Of a stretch of DNA of 64,000 nucleotides, positions 38,527 to 49,056 are shown one piece after another. Made by a program: the position numbers and the translations under genes. The notes under the pieces were generated by a model. That model did no database searches. It saw only the letters and a list, made by a program, of their open reading frames with translations, and was not told the origin of the DNA. The first letter of the stretch is position 1. Each line of letters begins with the position of its first letter. The stretch is from an uncultured Clostridia bacterium. Lineage in GTDB: Bacteria; Bacillota; Clostridia; TANB77; CAG-508. The DNA lies in NCBI GenBank assembly GCA_947627935.1, contig CANQXY010000003.1:1952-65951 (forward strand), read 5' to 3'.

Positions 38527-39411
38527 ATGAAAAAAGTTATATTTACAGGCTGTGGAACAGCAATTGCTACACCTTTTAATGAAAATGGTGTAAATTTGAA
38601 TGAATTTAAAAAATTAGTTGAGTTTCAAATTAAAGAAGGAGTAGATGCTATAATCGTTTGTGGTACTACTGGAGAAGCTTCAACAATGACAGAAGAAGAG
38701 AAAATTGCTACAATTGAATGTGCAGTAAAAACTTCAAATGGAAGAGTTCCAATTATTGCTGGAACTGGTGGAAATAACACTATACAAGCAATTAAAATGT
38801 CAAAAATCGCTCAAAATTTAGGAGTAGATGGTTTACTTATTGTTACTCCATATTACAATAAAACAACTCAAGCAGGATTAGTTGAACATTATAAAACTAT
38901 AGCAAATGAAGTGTCTTTACCTATAATTGTTTACAATGTGCCTGGAAGAACAGGCTTAAATATATTACCATCAACATGCTTAGAACTTTCAAAAATTGAT
39001 AATATTGTTGCTATAAAAGAAGCAAGTGGAAATCTTTCTCAAGTTGCTGAAATAGCAAATCTTTGTGGAAATAATCTTACAATATATTCTGGAAATGATG
39101 ATCAAATACTACCTGTCTTATCTTTAGGAGGAAAAGGTGTAATTTCTGTTTTATCTAATATAGAGCCAAAGCTTACACATAATATGGTTAAATTTTTCAT
39201 GGAAGGCAATATTAAGAAAGCAATAGATTTACAATTAAAATTAATACCTTTAATAAAAGCTTTATTTTCTGAAGTAAATCCTATCCCTGTAAAAGAAGCA
39301 TTAAATATAATTGGATATGACTTTGGTATTCCAAGACTTCCATTAGTTAAAATGTCTGATAACGGAAAAGAAAAATTAAAAGAAGAAATTTATAAACTAA
39401 AAAATACATAA
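38527..39411 (+). CDS. dapA: 4-hydroxy-tetrahydrodipicolinate synthase
   Basis: CGTTGEASTMT and YNVPGRTG motifs, plus the IVAIKEASG active-site Lys region. Confidence 0.9.
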   Translation: MKKVIFTGCGTAIATPFNENGVNLNEFKKLVEFQIKEGVDAIIVCGTTGEASTMTEEEKIATIECAVKTSNGRVPIIAGTGGNNTIQAIKMSKIAQNLGVDGLLIVTPYYNKTTQAGLVEHYKTIANEVSLPIIVYNVPGRTGLNILPSTCLELSKIDNIVAIKEASGNLSQVAEIANLCGNNLTIYSGNDDQILPVLSLGGKGVISVLSNIEPKLTHNMVKFFMEGNIKKAIDLQLKLIPLIKALFSEVNPIPVKEALNIIGYDFGIPRLPLVKMSDNGKEKLKEEIYKLKNT

Positions 39412-39488
39412 ATATATTGTCTAGTTAAAAACAATATGCTATAATCAAGTTGAGAGTTTTTACATAAGATATAAAGAGGTTTATTAGA

Positions 39489-40022
39489 ATGGAAAACTTA
39501 ATAAATAAAATATATGAAGATAAAGAATTTATTTCTATAATAGAAGATATTATAAACAATGAAACTGTACAAAAAATGAAAAATTTTAGACAACATTATA
39601 ATACATCTTGTTTTGATCATTGTTTATGTGTTTCTTATTATAGTTATTTGATTTGTAAAAAATTACATTTAGATTATAAATCTATAGCTAGAGCTGGTAT
39701 GCTTCATGATTTATTTTTATATGATTGGAGAACTAGAATTAATGGTAGAAAAGGATTTCATGCCTTTACTCATCCAAAAGCAGCTTTAGAAAATTCTTTA
39801 AAACTTTTTAAGTTAAATAATAAAGAAAAAGATATAATTTTAAAGCATATGTGGCCTGTTACTATATTACCACCAAAATATCTAGAAAGTTATATTATAA
39901 CTTTCGTAGATAAACATTGTGCTATTTCAGAAACTTTTAATTCTTTAGCACAAATTTGTAGTAGTAAAACTGTTTTCAGATATGCCTATGTATTTTTATC
40001 TTTATTAATTATAAGATTTTAA
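39489..40022 (+). CDS. HD-domain phosphohydrolase
   Basis: H...HD motif (FDHCLCVSY...AGMLHDLFLYDW). Confidence 0.65.
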   Translation: MENLINKIYEDKEFISIIEDIINNETVQKMKNFRQHYNTSCFDHCLCVSYYSYLICKKLHLDYKSIARAGMLHDLFLYDWRTRINGRKGFHAFTHPKAALENSLKLFKLNNKEKDIILKHMWPVTILPPKYLESYIITFVDKHCAISETFNSLAQICSSKTVFRYAYVFLSLLIIRF

Positions 40023-40088
40023 TAATAAATATTTAAGAGGTGAGATTATCTACTCTCCTCTTTATATTTTAATAATTGGAGGTTAACT

Positions 40089-40832
40089 ATGTTAGAAGTA
40101 TTAGTAAATGGTTGTAATGGTAAAATGGGACAAGTCGTATGTGATTTAGTAGAAAAAGATGAAGATCTTGTTTTAAAATGTGGATTTGATAAAGAAAATA
40201 CAGGTGAATTTGCTTTTCCTGTATATACAAATATAAATGAAATCACAGAAAAACCTGATGTTATAATTGATTTTTCAGTTCCTGTTGCAACTTTTAATAT
40301 ATTAAAATATGCTAAAGAAAATAAAGTTCCTATTGTAATTGCAACAACAGGATTTTCTGAAGAAGAAGAAAATTTAATAAAAAAATATTCAAATGAAATA
40401 CCTATTTTTAAATCTGCTAATATGTCATATGATATCAATATAATGAAAAGAGTATTAACATATCTTGCACCAATTCTTAAAAATACAGATATAGAAATTA
40501 CAGAAGTTCATCATAATAGAAAAATTGATAGTCCAAGTGGTACAGCTCAAATGTTAGCAGATGCAATTAATTTAAGTTTAGGAAATACTTATCATTGTGA
40601 ATATGATAGACATAGCAAAAGACAAAAAAGAGATAAAAAGGAAATTGGAATATCTTCTATAAGAGGTGGAAATATTGTAGGTGAACATACTGTTCAATTC
40701 TTTGGTGAATTTGAAACATTTGAAATTAAACATACATCATATTCAAGAAATGTTTTTGCAGAAGGTGCAATAAATGCAGCTAAATTTTTATCTAATAAAA
40801 ATCCAGGATTATATAATATGGATGATATTTAA
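40089..40832 (+). CDS. dapB: 4-hydroxy-tetrahydrodipicolinate reductase
   Basis: GCNGKMGQ N-terminus and the EVHHNRKIDSPSGTA motif. Confidence 0.85.
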   Translation: MLEVLVNGCNGKMGQVVCDLVEKDEDLVLKCGFDKENTGEFAFPVYTNINEITEKPDVIIDFSVPVATFNILKYAKENKVPIVIATTGFSEEEENLIKKYSNEIPIFKSANMSYDINIMKRVLTYLAPILKNTDIEITEVHHNRKIDSPSGTAQMLADAINLSLGNTYHCEYDRHSKRQKRDKKEIGISSIRGGNIVGEHTVQFFGEFETFEIKHTSYSRNVFAEGAINAAKFLSNKNPGLYNMDDI

Positions 40833-40867
40833 AAAATATGGAATTTAAATTCCATATTTTTATTTTT

Positions 40868-41257
40868 TTAAAATATATTATCTAAATTAAATTTATATTT
40901 ATCTTGTATATGTTCTAACATAAATATAGATTTATCGAGCTCACTTACAGCTATTTCATATTCTTCTACTTCTATACTTCCCTTTAGAGCAACTATATCT
41001 GTTTCAACCTTTTCTAATTCATCATGTTCAATATAATATGCTAATATATCATGAAATTCCATCCAACTATTATATATATCTTCTGCACTTTTTAATAATT
41101 CTTCTTGATCTTTTTCTTCAGCAATTAAATTTTCTCTTAATTTTTCTAATTTGGTTGTACTCTCTTCTACACTTTTTTGTGTATAACTTTGAGTTTTACT
41201 ATCTAAAGTAAATATTGAAACAATAATTACTAAACAAACAACAATTTCTTTAATCAT
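40868..41257 (-). CDS. DUF4363-like small membrane-anchored protein
   Basis: The ATG at 41257 follows AAAGGAGGAAAAG and overlaps the stop codon of the upstream DUF421 gene. One TM helix plus a helical domain. This is the usual downstream partner of DUF421. The track ORF extends to 41302. Confidence 0.5.
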   Translation of the reverse strand: MIKEIVVCLVIIVSIFTLDSKTQSYTQKSVEESTTKLEKLRENLIAEEKDQEELLKSAEDIYNSWMEFHDILAYYIEHDELEKVETDIVALKGSIEVEEYEIAVSELDKSIFMLEHIQDKYKFNLDNIF

Positions 41258-41931
41258 CTTTTCCTCCTTTTGCTTGGCAAAATATTTGACCTCTTCCATC
41301 AATTGTAACTAGAATTGCCTGCTCAGGATTAATTTTAAATTTATTTACTTCATTTTTTAGCCATGCATAATTTTTTCCTATTTTTTTTAAATTTTCATAC
41401 ATTATTTTTCCATCTACAACTAAGTCATATGGTATTCCTTCATATTCTGGCATAATATTAAAATCTTCTGGTATTGTGTTTCTTTTATTGGGCTTTTGTA
41501 TAACTGTAACTTGTCCGACTTGTTTCTAAAATTGCATATTCTACATCTGATATATTTACAACATTATTTCCTCTTAATCTTTCTTGAAGTTCATTTATTG
41601 TAAATCTTTCTTTTTTTAAAACTTTTTCATCAATTTTTCCTCTATATATCAATATACTAGGCTTTCCACATATTATTTGCCTTAATCTTATACTTTTTAA
41701 GTTTAAAACTGAAATAATAAGATGCATAACAAGTAATCCTAAAATTGGAATAATTCCATTACTTATAGGAATTCCTGTTTCTGTCATAGGAATTGATGCT
41801 AAATCTGCTATCATAATAGCAATAGCAAGTTCAAAAGGCTGAAGTTGCCCTATTTCTCTTTTCCCCATAAGTCTCATTACAATTAATACAATTATGTATA
41901 AAACAATTGATCTAAAAAAAGTTATTAACAT
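41250..41931 (-). CDS. DUF421 (YetF/YdfS-like) membrane protein, interrupted at an in-frame CGG-A; needs a +1 shift at 41517
   Basis: The track splits it into 41485..41931 and 41250..41453. The zero frame reads ...AILETS CGG ACA... and stops after 10 more codons. C|GGA gives AILETS-G-QVTVIQKPNKRNTIPEDFNI-MPEYEGIPYDLVVDGKIMYENLKK..., which is the typical contiguous DUF421 C-terminal domain. Confidence 0.75.
41514..41517 (-). other. candidate +1 recoding site, CGG-A (DUF421)
   Basis: ACA AGT CGG ACA in the zero frame. The +1 frame runs straight into the 67-aa downstream ORF. Confidence 0.6.
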
Positions 41932-42088
41932 ATATTTCTCCTAAATTTTATATTTTAATTGTATTTTTTGCAGTTTTAAATTATTTATTCATACTATTTT
42001 GAATAAATAAATTTTAATTGTAAATAATACTTTTATAACCTTATTTTTTTTACATTAAAATTTTAAAACTTTTAAGGAGGTTTAAGCT

Positions 42089-42460
42089 ATGTCAAATACT
42101 CAAAGTAATAGTACTAGTAGTTCTTCTACAGTATGGCAAATAGTTGGTAGATTAGTTGGTGCCGCTATAGTATTAGCAATTACAGCATTCTTTACACCTG
42201 GTTTTACAATAAATAATTTTTGGGCTTTAGCTATAGTTGCTATCGTTTTAACAGTTCTTGACTATTTAATAGTTAAATTTACTGGTTTACATGCAAGTCC
42301 ATTTGGTAAAGGATTTGTTGGTTTTGCATTGTCAGCTATAATATTATATGCAACTCAATTTTTTGTAGCTGGTTATACAATATCTTGGATGGCTGCTATA
42401 ATAGGAGCATTAATCTATGGTGTTATTGATTATTTTATCCCTGGCACACAGGAAATGTAG
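42089..42460 (+). CDS. small membrane protein of the phage-holin-4_2 / DUF360-like family
   Basis: 123 aa with four TM helices and an FFTPGFTINNFWALAIVAIVLTVLDYL motif. Confidence 0.55.
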   Translation: MSNTQSNSTSSSSTVWQIVGRLVGAAIVLAITAFFTPGFTINNFWALAIVAIVLTVLDYLIVKFTGLHASPFGKGFVGFALSAIILYATQFFVAGYTISWMAAIIGALIYGVIDYFIPGTQEM

Positions 42461-42465
42461 CACAA

Positions 42466-42502
42466 AAAGTGACAATTTAGATTTACTCTAAATTGCCACT
42501 TT
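42466..42502. terminator. bidirectional terminator hairpin
   Basis: AAAGTGACAATTTAG / CTAAATTGCCACTTT: a 15-bp stem with one mismatch, flanked by A-rich and T-rich runs. Confidence 0.5.
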
Positions 42503-42504
42503 TA

Positions 42505-43773
42505 TTATTTTTTGTTCCAATTTTCTTTATTTATTTGTCTTTGTCTTGCTATTGCTAAACTATATTCTGGCACATCTTCTGTTATTGTAGAACCTGCTGC
42601 TATAAATGTATTATCTCCTAATTTAACTGGTGCAACAAAATTTGTATTTGATCCTACAAAACAATTATCCCCAATTATTGTTTTACTTTTATTAAATCCA
42701 TCATAATTACATGTTATTGTTCCACATCCTATATTAGTATGTTCTCCTATTTGACAATCTCCCATATATGATAAATGAGGTACTTTTGTTCCTTCTCCAA
42801 TAATTGCTTTTTTTATTTCTACAAAACTTCCAATTTTTACTTTATCTTCTAATCTACAACCTTCTCTTATGTATGAATTAGGCCCTATTTCACAATCTTG
42901 CCCAATTTTTACATCTGACTTAATTGTTGTATTTGGATGAATTACTGTATCCATACCAATTTCTACATCATCATAAATATATGTAGTATTTATATCTTCA
43001 ATAGTTACACCATTATTCATATGTTCTGTATTAATACGATGTTGTAAAATTTTTGTAAGCATTTGTAATTGCATTCTATCATTTACACCTAATATTTCTG
43101 TATTATCTTTAACAATAACTGCTCCTGTTTTTAATCCTTTATTTCCTATTATTTTTATAACATCTGTTAAATAATATTCTCCTTGTGAATTATTAGGTTT
43201 TATTTCTTTTAACGCTTCTAATAATATTTCTATATCAAAGCAATAAATTCCTGCATTAATTTCTTGAATTTCTCTTTGTTCTTCTGTTGCATCTTTTTCT
43301 TCAACAATTTCTTTTATGTTTCCACCTTCATCACGAATAATTCTTCCATATCCTTTAGGATCATCATATATTGCTGTAAGTAATGTAGCATATTCATTAT
43401 TTTCAATAGATTTTCTTAACAATTTATTTATTGTTTCAGGTCTTAATATTGGAACATCTCCATTTAATACTAATACTTTACCTTTTTTTCCTTCTAGATA
43501 TTTAGTTGCTTGCATTACTGCATGACCAGTTCCAAGCATTTCTTTTTGTTCTACATATTTTGTACTATCTTTTAAAACTTCCATTACTTGTTCTTTCATA
43601 TATCCAACTACTGCAACAATATCTTCTATTCCTGCTTTTTTTGCATTTTCCACCGCTCTTTTTACTATTTCTTTTCCATATATTTTTTGTATTAATTTTG
43701 AATTCTTTGATTTCATTCTTGTTCCTTTACCAGCTGCCATAACTATAGCCATAACATCTTGCATCATTTTCAC
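42505..43773 (-). CDS. glmU: bifunctional UDP-N-acetylglucosamine diphosphorylase / glucosamine-1-phosphate N-acetyltransferase
   Basis: MAAGKGTRMKS N-terminal motif and C-terminal left-handed beta-helix hexapeptide repeats. The exact start among several N-terminal ATGs is uncertain. Confidence 0.85.
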   Translation of the reverse strand: MKMMQDVMAIVMAAGKGTRMKSKNSKLIQKIYGKEIVKRAVENAKKAGIEDIVAVVGYMKEQVMEVLKDSTKYVEQKEMLGTGHAVMQATKYLEGKKGKVLVLNGDVPILRPETINKLLRKSIENNEYATLLTAIYDDPKGYGRIIRDEGGNIKEIVEEKDATEEQREIQEINAGIYCFDIEILLEALKEIKPNNSQGEYYLTDVIKIIGNKGLKTGAVIVKDNTEILGVNDRMQLQMLTKILQHRINTEHMNNGVTIEDINTTYIYDDVEIGMDTVIHPNTTIKSDVKIGQDCEIGPNSYIREGCRLEDKVKIGSFVEIKKAIIGEGTKVPHLSYMGDCQIGEHTNIGCGTITCNYDGFNKSKTIIGDNCFVGSNTNFVAPVKLGDNTFIAAGSTITEDVPEYSLAIARQRQINKENWNKK

Positions 43774-43910
43774 CTATTCCTTTCTAATTAATATATATTA
43801 TTTTATTTATTTTTTCGTTTTCTGTTACATAAATTATATTAGTATTACTAAAACTATTTTTTATTTTACCATATATAAAATTCAAAATCAAACTTTTTTA
43901 AAAATTTAAG

Positions 43911-43940
43911 CATATTTATATCAAACAATCAATATACATT
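43911..43940 (+). promoter_or_regulatory. candidate sigma-E-type promoter of spoIVA
   Basis: CATATT (43911-43916) and ATACAT (43934-43939), 17 nt apart, resemble the sigma-E -35 ATATT and -10 CATACA-T consensus. Confidence 0.3.
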
Positions 43941-43986
43941 AATTAAAGTAATTGTACAAACATTTTTCAAGGAGGTATATTTATAG

Positions 43987-45465
43987 ATGGAAAATCTAGG
44001 CTTGTATCAAGATATAGCAAAAAGAACTGATGGTGACATTTATGTTGGAGTTGTTGGTCCTGTTAGAACTGGTAAATCAACCTTTATAAAAAAATTTATG
44101 GATTTACTTGTAATACCTAATATAGATAACGAATATAAAAAACAAAGAGCTCAAGATGAACTTCCTCAAAGTGCCGGTGGTCGTACTATTATGACTACAG
44201 AACCAAAATTCGTTCCTAATGAAGCTATTGAAATTACTATAGATAAAAATTTAAAATTAAAAACACGTTTAGTTGATTGTGTTGGATATCTAGTTGATAA
44301 TGCAATTGGATATCTAGAAGATGATATGCCAAGGATGGTTAAAACACCTTGGTCTGATGAAGAAATTCCTTTTGAAAAAGCTGCAGAGATAGGAACTAAA
44401 AAAGTAATCCAAGAACATTCTACAATTGGAATTTTAGTAACTACTGATGGATCTATTACAGATATTCCAAGAGAAGATTATGTTGCTGCTGAAGAAAGAG
44501 TAGCAAATGAACTTCATACTCTAAACAAACCTTTTATAGTGCTTCTTAACTCTAGTAATCCTAATTCATCTTATACTCAAGATTTAGCTAAAAACTTAAG
44601 TGAGAAATATAATACTTCTGTTATTCCAACAAATTGTGAAAACTTAAGCATTGAAGATATTAATAATATGTTCTCAAAAATTTTATATGAATTCCCTATT
44701 GAGCAAATAAATATTTCTTTCCCAAAATGGGTAGATGGATTAGATTTTTCTCATCCTTTAAAAGCTCAACTATTTAATCAAATAAAAGAAAACTTTAATA
44801 ACTTATCTGTTCTTAAAGATGTAAGTCCATGTGTTGACTCTATTTCTGAAACTGATATAATATCAAAATCTTATATAGAAAACATTATGTTAGGTTCTGG
44901 TAAAATAAATGTATCAATATTATTAAAAGATGAGTTATTCTACAATGTTCTTACTGAAATGACAGGTGTTGAAGTAAATAATGAAGGCGATTTATTTGCT
45001 ATTATTAGTGAACTTTCAAAAACTAAAAAAGAATATGATAAAATAGCTTATGCATTAGAAGAAGTTAAAGCAAAAGGATATGGAATAGTTACTCCTTCTA
45101 TTGATGAATTAATCTTGGATGAACCGGAAATGGTAAAACAAGGTTCAAGATTTGGTGTTAAACTTCGTGCTACTGCTCCAAGTCTACATTTAATACGTGC
45201 AAATATAGAAACTGAAGTTTCTCCTATTGTAGGTTCTGAAAAGCAATCAGAAGATTTGGTAAATTATCTTCTATCTGAATTTGAAAATGATCCTAAAAAA
45301 ATATGGGAATCAAATATATTTGGAAAAAGTTTACATGAACTTGTAAATGAAGGATTACAAACTAAACTTTCTAAAATGCCAGAAGATGCTCAATTAAAAC
45401 TTCAAGAAACACTTGAAAGAATAGTTAATGAAGGTAGTGGCGGATTAATTTGTATTATTTTATAA
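43987..45465 (+). CDS. spoIVA: stage IV sporulation protein A
   Basis: 492 aa. The N-terminus DIYVGVVGPVRTGKSTFIKKFM (Walker A) and the overall sequence are unmistakably SpoIVA-like. Confidence 0.9.
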   Translation: MENLGLYQDIAKRTDGDIYVGVVGPVRTGKSTFIKKFMDLLVIPNIDNEYKKQRAQDELPQSAGGRTIMTTEPKFVPNEAIEITIDKNLKLKTRLVDCVGYLVDNAIGYLEDDMPRMVKTPWSDEEIPFEKAAEIGTKKVIQEHSTIGILVTTDGSITDIPREDYVAAEERVANELHTLNKPFIVLLNSSNPNSSYTQDLAKNLSEKYNTSVIPTNCENLSIEDINNMFSKILYEFPIEQINISFPKWVDGLDFSHPLKAQLFNQIKENFNNLSVLKDVSPCVDSISETDIISKSYIENIMLGSGKINVSILLKDELFYNVLTEMTGVEVNNEGDLFAIISELSKTKKEYDKIAYALEEVKAKGYGIVTPSIDELILDEPEMVKQGSRFGVKLRATAPSLHLIRANIETEVSPIVGSEKQSEDLVNYLLSEFENDPKKIWESNIFGKSLHELVNEGLQTKLSKMPEDAQLKLQETLERIVNEGSGGLICIIL

Positions 45466-45467
45466 AA

Positions 45468-45504
45468 TTAAAGAGAAAATCATTTTGATTTTCTCTTTAA
45501 TTTT
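45468..45504. terminator. bidirectional terminator
   Basis: Perfect 14-bp stem TTAAAGAGAAAATC/GATTTTCTCTTTAA followed by TTTT. Confidence 0.6.
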
Positions 45505-46078
45505 AACTATTATTTTCTTTATACCATTTTGCAAATTCTTGTAATGCCTCATAAGACCCATCTATTTTTCTTCTTTCTTCTCTTTCCTTTTCATCCATTT
45601 GAGCCAAAGTTTTTTCAAAATATTTAGGTTTAAATATATACCATAAATCAGACCATTTTTCTTCTCTATCTTTTCCTTCAATCTCATATGACAAATTTCC
45701 TGGATGTCTTCCATAGAAATAGTGTATTTGTTTTCCATCATGATATGCTAAACATTCTTCGAATCTGCATGTCCTATTTTCTTTATTTTCCATCAGTTTT
45801 AATATTCCATCAATTCCTATTGTTTCTAAAGCAAAATTAACAAATGCTTTTGGAAATCCATTTAATTCATCTATAAAAAATCCTGCATCTAGTGCTATAC
45901 ATGGCTTTTTTAATTTTTCATAAGCTTGAAGAACTTTCTTTGTTGCAATTTCTTTTAAATCATCACTTCTAGGTTCATCTAATTCAAAATCATATGTTAT
46001 AAACTTTATATTATCAAAATATCTTTGTGCTGATTTAGCTTTTCCTTTGTTATGTGTTACAAAAACTATTTCTTCCAT
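45503..46078 (-). CDS. Ham1/ITPase-like non-canonical purine NTP pyrophosphatase family protein (divergent)
   Basis: IVFVTHNKGKAKSA and ALDAGFFIDELNGFPKAF correspond to the Ham1 N-terminal and DSGL..LnG.PG motifs. The C-terminal part is atypical. Confidence 0.5.
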   Translation of the reverse strand: MEEIVFVTHNKGKAKSAQRYFDNIKFITYDFELDEPRSDDLKEIATKKVLQAYEKLKKPCIALDAGFFIDELNGFPKAFVNFALETIGIDGILKLMENKENRTCRFEECLAYHDGKQIHYFYGRHPGNLSYEIEGKDREEKWSDLWYIFKPKYFEKTLAQMDEKEREERRKIDGSYEALQEFAKWYKENNS

Positions 46079-46089
46079 TTTTTCTCCTA

Positions 46090-47241
46090 TTAATTATAAT
46101 CTCTACTACTTAACTTTGGATATGTAAATACCTTTCCATTTTCAGTAAATTGTCCAATTGGGGTATGATCTTTATTAATGCTATTTGATCCTTTAAGAAA
46201 ATATTTATATTTAGAACTCTTACTTAACTTTCCTCCACCTCTTATTATAGGATCATCCCAAGTTACATCTATTGCATACCAATTATTATCTAGTAATACA
46301 TAATTCCATGAATGATTTTCACTTTTTCCTTCAGAATTAGTTGCTTTTCCAATAACAATTACATTTTCTATTTTTGCTTCATCTAATAAATATTTAAATG
46401 CTTTTGAATACCCTTCACATACACATTGTTTATCTATTAATGCTCCATACATATTATATATATTATTTTTAGATAAACTTGAATCATAAGATATATTATC
46501 AACTAAATAGTCATGTATTTTTAATATTTTTTGATATTCTGTCAATCCACCTATTCCAGAAAGTACTTGTTTTTTTATTTCTTCTATCTCCATTTGACAC
46601 TTATTAATTTGTTCTTTAGAGTAAAATCCATCTGCTAAATAATTATTTTGATTACCATTACTTATATATACATTATAAGTAGTTCTATTGGCATATTTTG
46701 TACTTTCAATATTTAAATACATTTTATTAACATTAAGATAAAATATATCTGTATTATCATACATAAATGCTTCAATAGCTGATTGATAATAATTACCTAA
46801 AATTTTTTGACCATCTTCATCAGAAAGTATATCACTAAAAGTATTTCCAAATTCTATTTTATATGTCCCAGTTTTTAAATTTTCTATGTTGTTTTGTAAA
46901 CCATTATATATTATTTTTGAATATTCATTTAGTTGACTATAAAAATAATTATTTTTAGAATTATTATTACTGTAAGTAATATTTTTTTCTTCAGTTGAAT
47001 CAGTACTTTTTATTTTATCTAAATCACTTTCATTATAATAGCTTTCAGTATTGTCTTGTTTTATACCTGTATCTTCAATAAAATTTTGTACAGTACTCCC
47101 AACTTTTTCTATATTTACATCATTATATATATTAATTCCTAAAATTCCTGCACCAGCAATAATAAGAATTATTATAATTATTAAAAAAACTGTTGTAAAA
47201 AAATCTCTCATAAAATTTTCTCCATATTCTTTTGTTTCCAT
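46090..47241 (-). CDS. transglutaminase-like (cysteine-protease-fold) domain protein, membrane anchored
   Basis: N-terminal TM helix. The C-terminal core has QCVCEGYSKAFKYLL ... HSWNYV ... IDVTWDD (Cys-His-Asp arrangement). Confidence 0.6.
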   Translation of the reverse strand: METKEYGENFMRDFFTTVFLIIIIILIIAGAGILGINIYNDVNIEKVGSTVQNFIEDTGIKQDNTESYYNESDLDKIKSTDSTEEKNITYSNNNSKNNYFYSQLNEYSKIIYNGLQNNIENLKTGTYKIEFGNTFSDILSDEDGQKILGNYYQSAIEAFMYDNTDIFYLNVNKMYLNIESTKYANRTTYNVYISNGNQNNYLADGFYSKEQINKCQMEIEEIKKQVLSGIGGLTEYQKILKIHDYLVDNISYDSSLSKNNIYNMYGALIDKQCVCEGYSKAFKYLLDEAKIENVIVIGKATNSEGKSENHSWNYVLLDNNWYAIDVTWDDPIIRGGGKLSKSSKYKYFLKGSNSINKDHTPIGQFTENGKVFTYPKLSSRDYN

Positions 47242-47343
47242 ATATATTATAACACCTTTTTATATTAAAAGATAGATATTAGAATAAATTTCTATTTTTT
47301 GAAAATAATATAAAAAATAATATAAATATAAATGGAGATTTTT

Positions 47344-49056
47344 ATGAATTTAGTAAACTTTTTTAATAACTTGTTTGGATATTCACCTAAAAATAATTAT
47401 GAATTTTCTTTACTCGAGGAAGATACATCTTCTTCAAATTCTTCTGTAGATGATAAAGATAATACTAATAAAACCGAACCTAAAGATATATATCCAAGCT
47501 TAGATGTTAATATGGAACTAATGAAAATTAAATACAATGCACTAATAAATAGTGATATCATAATTAGAGAATTTACTTTAAATGCTAGATCTAAACAATA
47601 TAATGCTTTTATTATATATATTGATGGTATGGTTGATTCTCAGCTTATAAATGATTTTGTTTTAAATCCATTAATGCTTAGAAATAGAAGTAATACATTT
47701 GATGGAAATCAAAATAAAATAATATCTGAAGCTGTTACAAATAATATTACTGTTAGAAAAATTAAAAAATTTAATCTAGTAGATTATATATATAATAGTT
47801 TAATTCCACAAAACAGTGTAAACAAAGATACTTCTTTTGAAGATATAATTTCTGGAATTAACTCTGGTAATTGTGCACTATTTGTAGACACAATAAATAC
47901 TGCTTTTAATATAGATGTTAAAGGTTTTAAACAAAGAAGTGTAGACTCTCCTAGCAATGAAGTAGTAATTAAAGGTCCTCAAGAGGCTTTTGTAGAAAAC
48001 CTAAGAACAAATACTTCTTTGGTTAGAAGAATAATAAATAATGAAAATTTGATAATTGAAAATATAGAAATTGGAAATATTACAAAAACTAAATGTGGTG
48101 TTTGTTATATGAAAAATATCACAAATAGTGATTTAGTTGCAGAAGTAAAATATAGACTAAATAATCTATCTGTTGATTCTCTTCTTTCGTCTGGTCAATT
48201 AGAACAATTGATTGAAGAAGATACTATATTGGGAATTCCACAAATAATATCAACAGAAAGGCCAGATAAATGTACTAAATATTTAATGCAAGGTAGAGTT
48301 GTAGTTATAATTAACGGAAATCCTTATGCATTAATTATGCCTGCAACACTAATTGATTTCATGTCTTCTCCTGAAGATACAAATTCAAGAATTTTATTTG
48401 CTAATTTTTTAAAAGCAATTAGAATCTTATCAGCAATTTTAACTTTATTATTGCCTGGTATATATATTTCTGTTACTGGATTTCATCAAGAAATACTGCC
48501 TACTGAACTATTATTTTCAATATTAGCTGCTCGTGAAAATGTGCCATTCCCTATAATATTTGAATTATTATTAATGGAATTTTCATTTGAGTTAATTCGT
48601 GAAGCTGGACTTAGAGTTCCTTCCCCTATTGGTCCTACAATTGGAATCGTTGGTGCTTTAATATTAGGAGAAGCAGCAGTAAATGCAAATGTAGTTAGCC
48701 CAATACTAATAATAGTAGTTGCTATAACTGGTATTTCTTCTTTTGCAATACCTGATTTTTCTTTTGGATTTCACTTAAGAATTTTCAGATTTGGATTTAC
48801 TCTTCTAGGATTTGTTGCTGGATTTTTAGGTATTGGATTAGGTATATTTGTATATATTGCAGTATTATCTAATGTAAAATCATTTGGAATACCTTATACT
48901 GTACCTTTTGCACCTGCAATTAAAAGTAAAGGAAATGGATATTTTGTGCCACCTATTTGGAAACAAGAATACAGAGCTAGTTTTCTATCTCCTAAAAAGG
49001 CAAAAGCACAAGCTAAAATTAGTATGAATTGGAAATATGGAGGTAAAAATGGATAA
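47344..49056 (+). CDS. spore germination protein, GerAA/KA subunit family
   Basis: Motifs GIPQIISTERPDK and GRVVVIINGNPYALIMPATLIDFMSSPED, plus C-terminal TM helices. First gene of an A-B-C operon. The ATG at 47344 follows GGAGA. Confidence 0.85.
   Translation: MNLVNFFNNLFGYSPKNNYEFSLLEEDTSSSNSSVDDKDNTNKTEPKDIYPSLDVNMELMKIKYNALINSDIIIREFTLNARSKQYNAFIIYIDGMVDSQLINDFVLNPLMLRNRSNTFDGNQNKIISEAVTNNITVRKIKKFNLVDYIYNSLIPQNSVNKDTSFEDIISGINSGNCALFVDTINTAFNIDVKGFKQRSVDSPSNEVVIKGPQEAFVENLRTNTSLVRRIINNENLIIENIEIGNITKTKCGVCYMKNITNSDLVAEVKYRLNNLSVDSLLSSGQLEQLIEEDTILGIPQIISTERPDKCTKYLMQGRVVVIINGNPYALIMPATLIDFMSSPEDTNSRILFANFLKAIRILSAILTLLLPGIYISVTGFHQEILPTELLFSILAARENVPFPIIFELLLMEFSFELIREAGLRVPSPIGPTIGIVGALILGEAAVNANVVSPILIIVVAITGISSFAIPDFSFGFHLRIFRFGFTLLGFVAGFLGIGLGIFVYIAVLSNVKSFGIPYTVPFAPAIKSKGNGYFVPPIWKQEYRASFLSPKKAKAQAKISMNWKYGGKNG

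Noticed and set aside
41250-41302. The long form of the DUF4363 ORF (start at 41302), overlapping 53 nt of the DUF421 gene
   Set aside because: The internal ATG at 41257 has a perfect AAAGGAGG RBS and gives the common short overlap with the upstream stop codon. The extra 15 N-terminal residues simply translate the DUF421 3' end in another frame.
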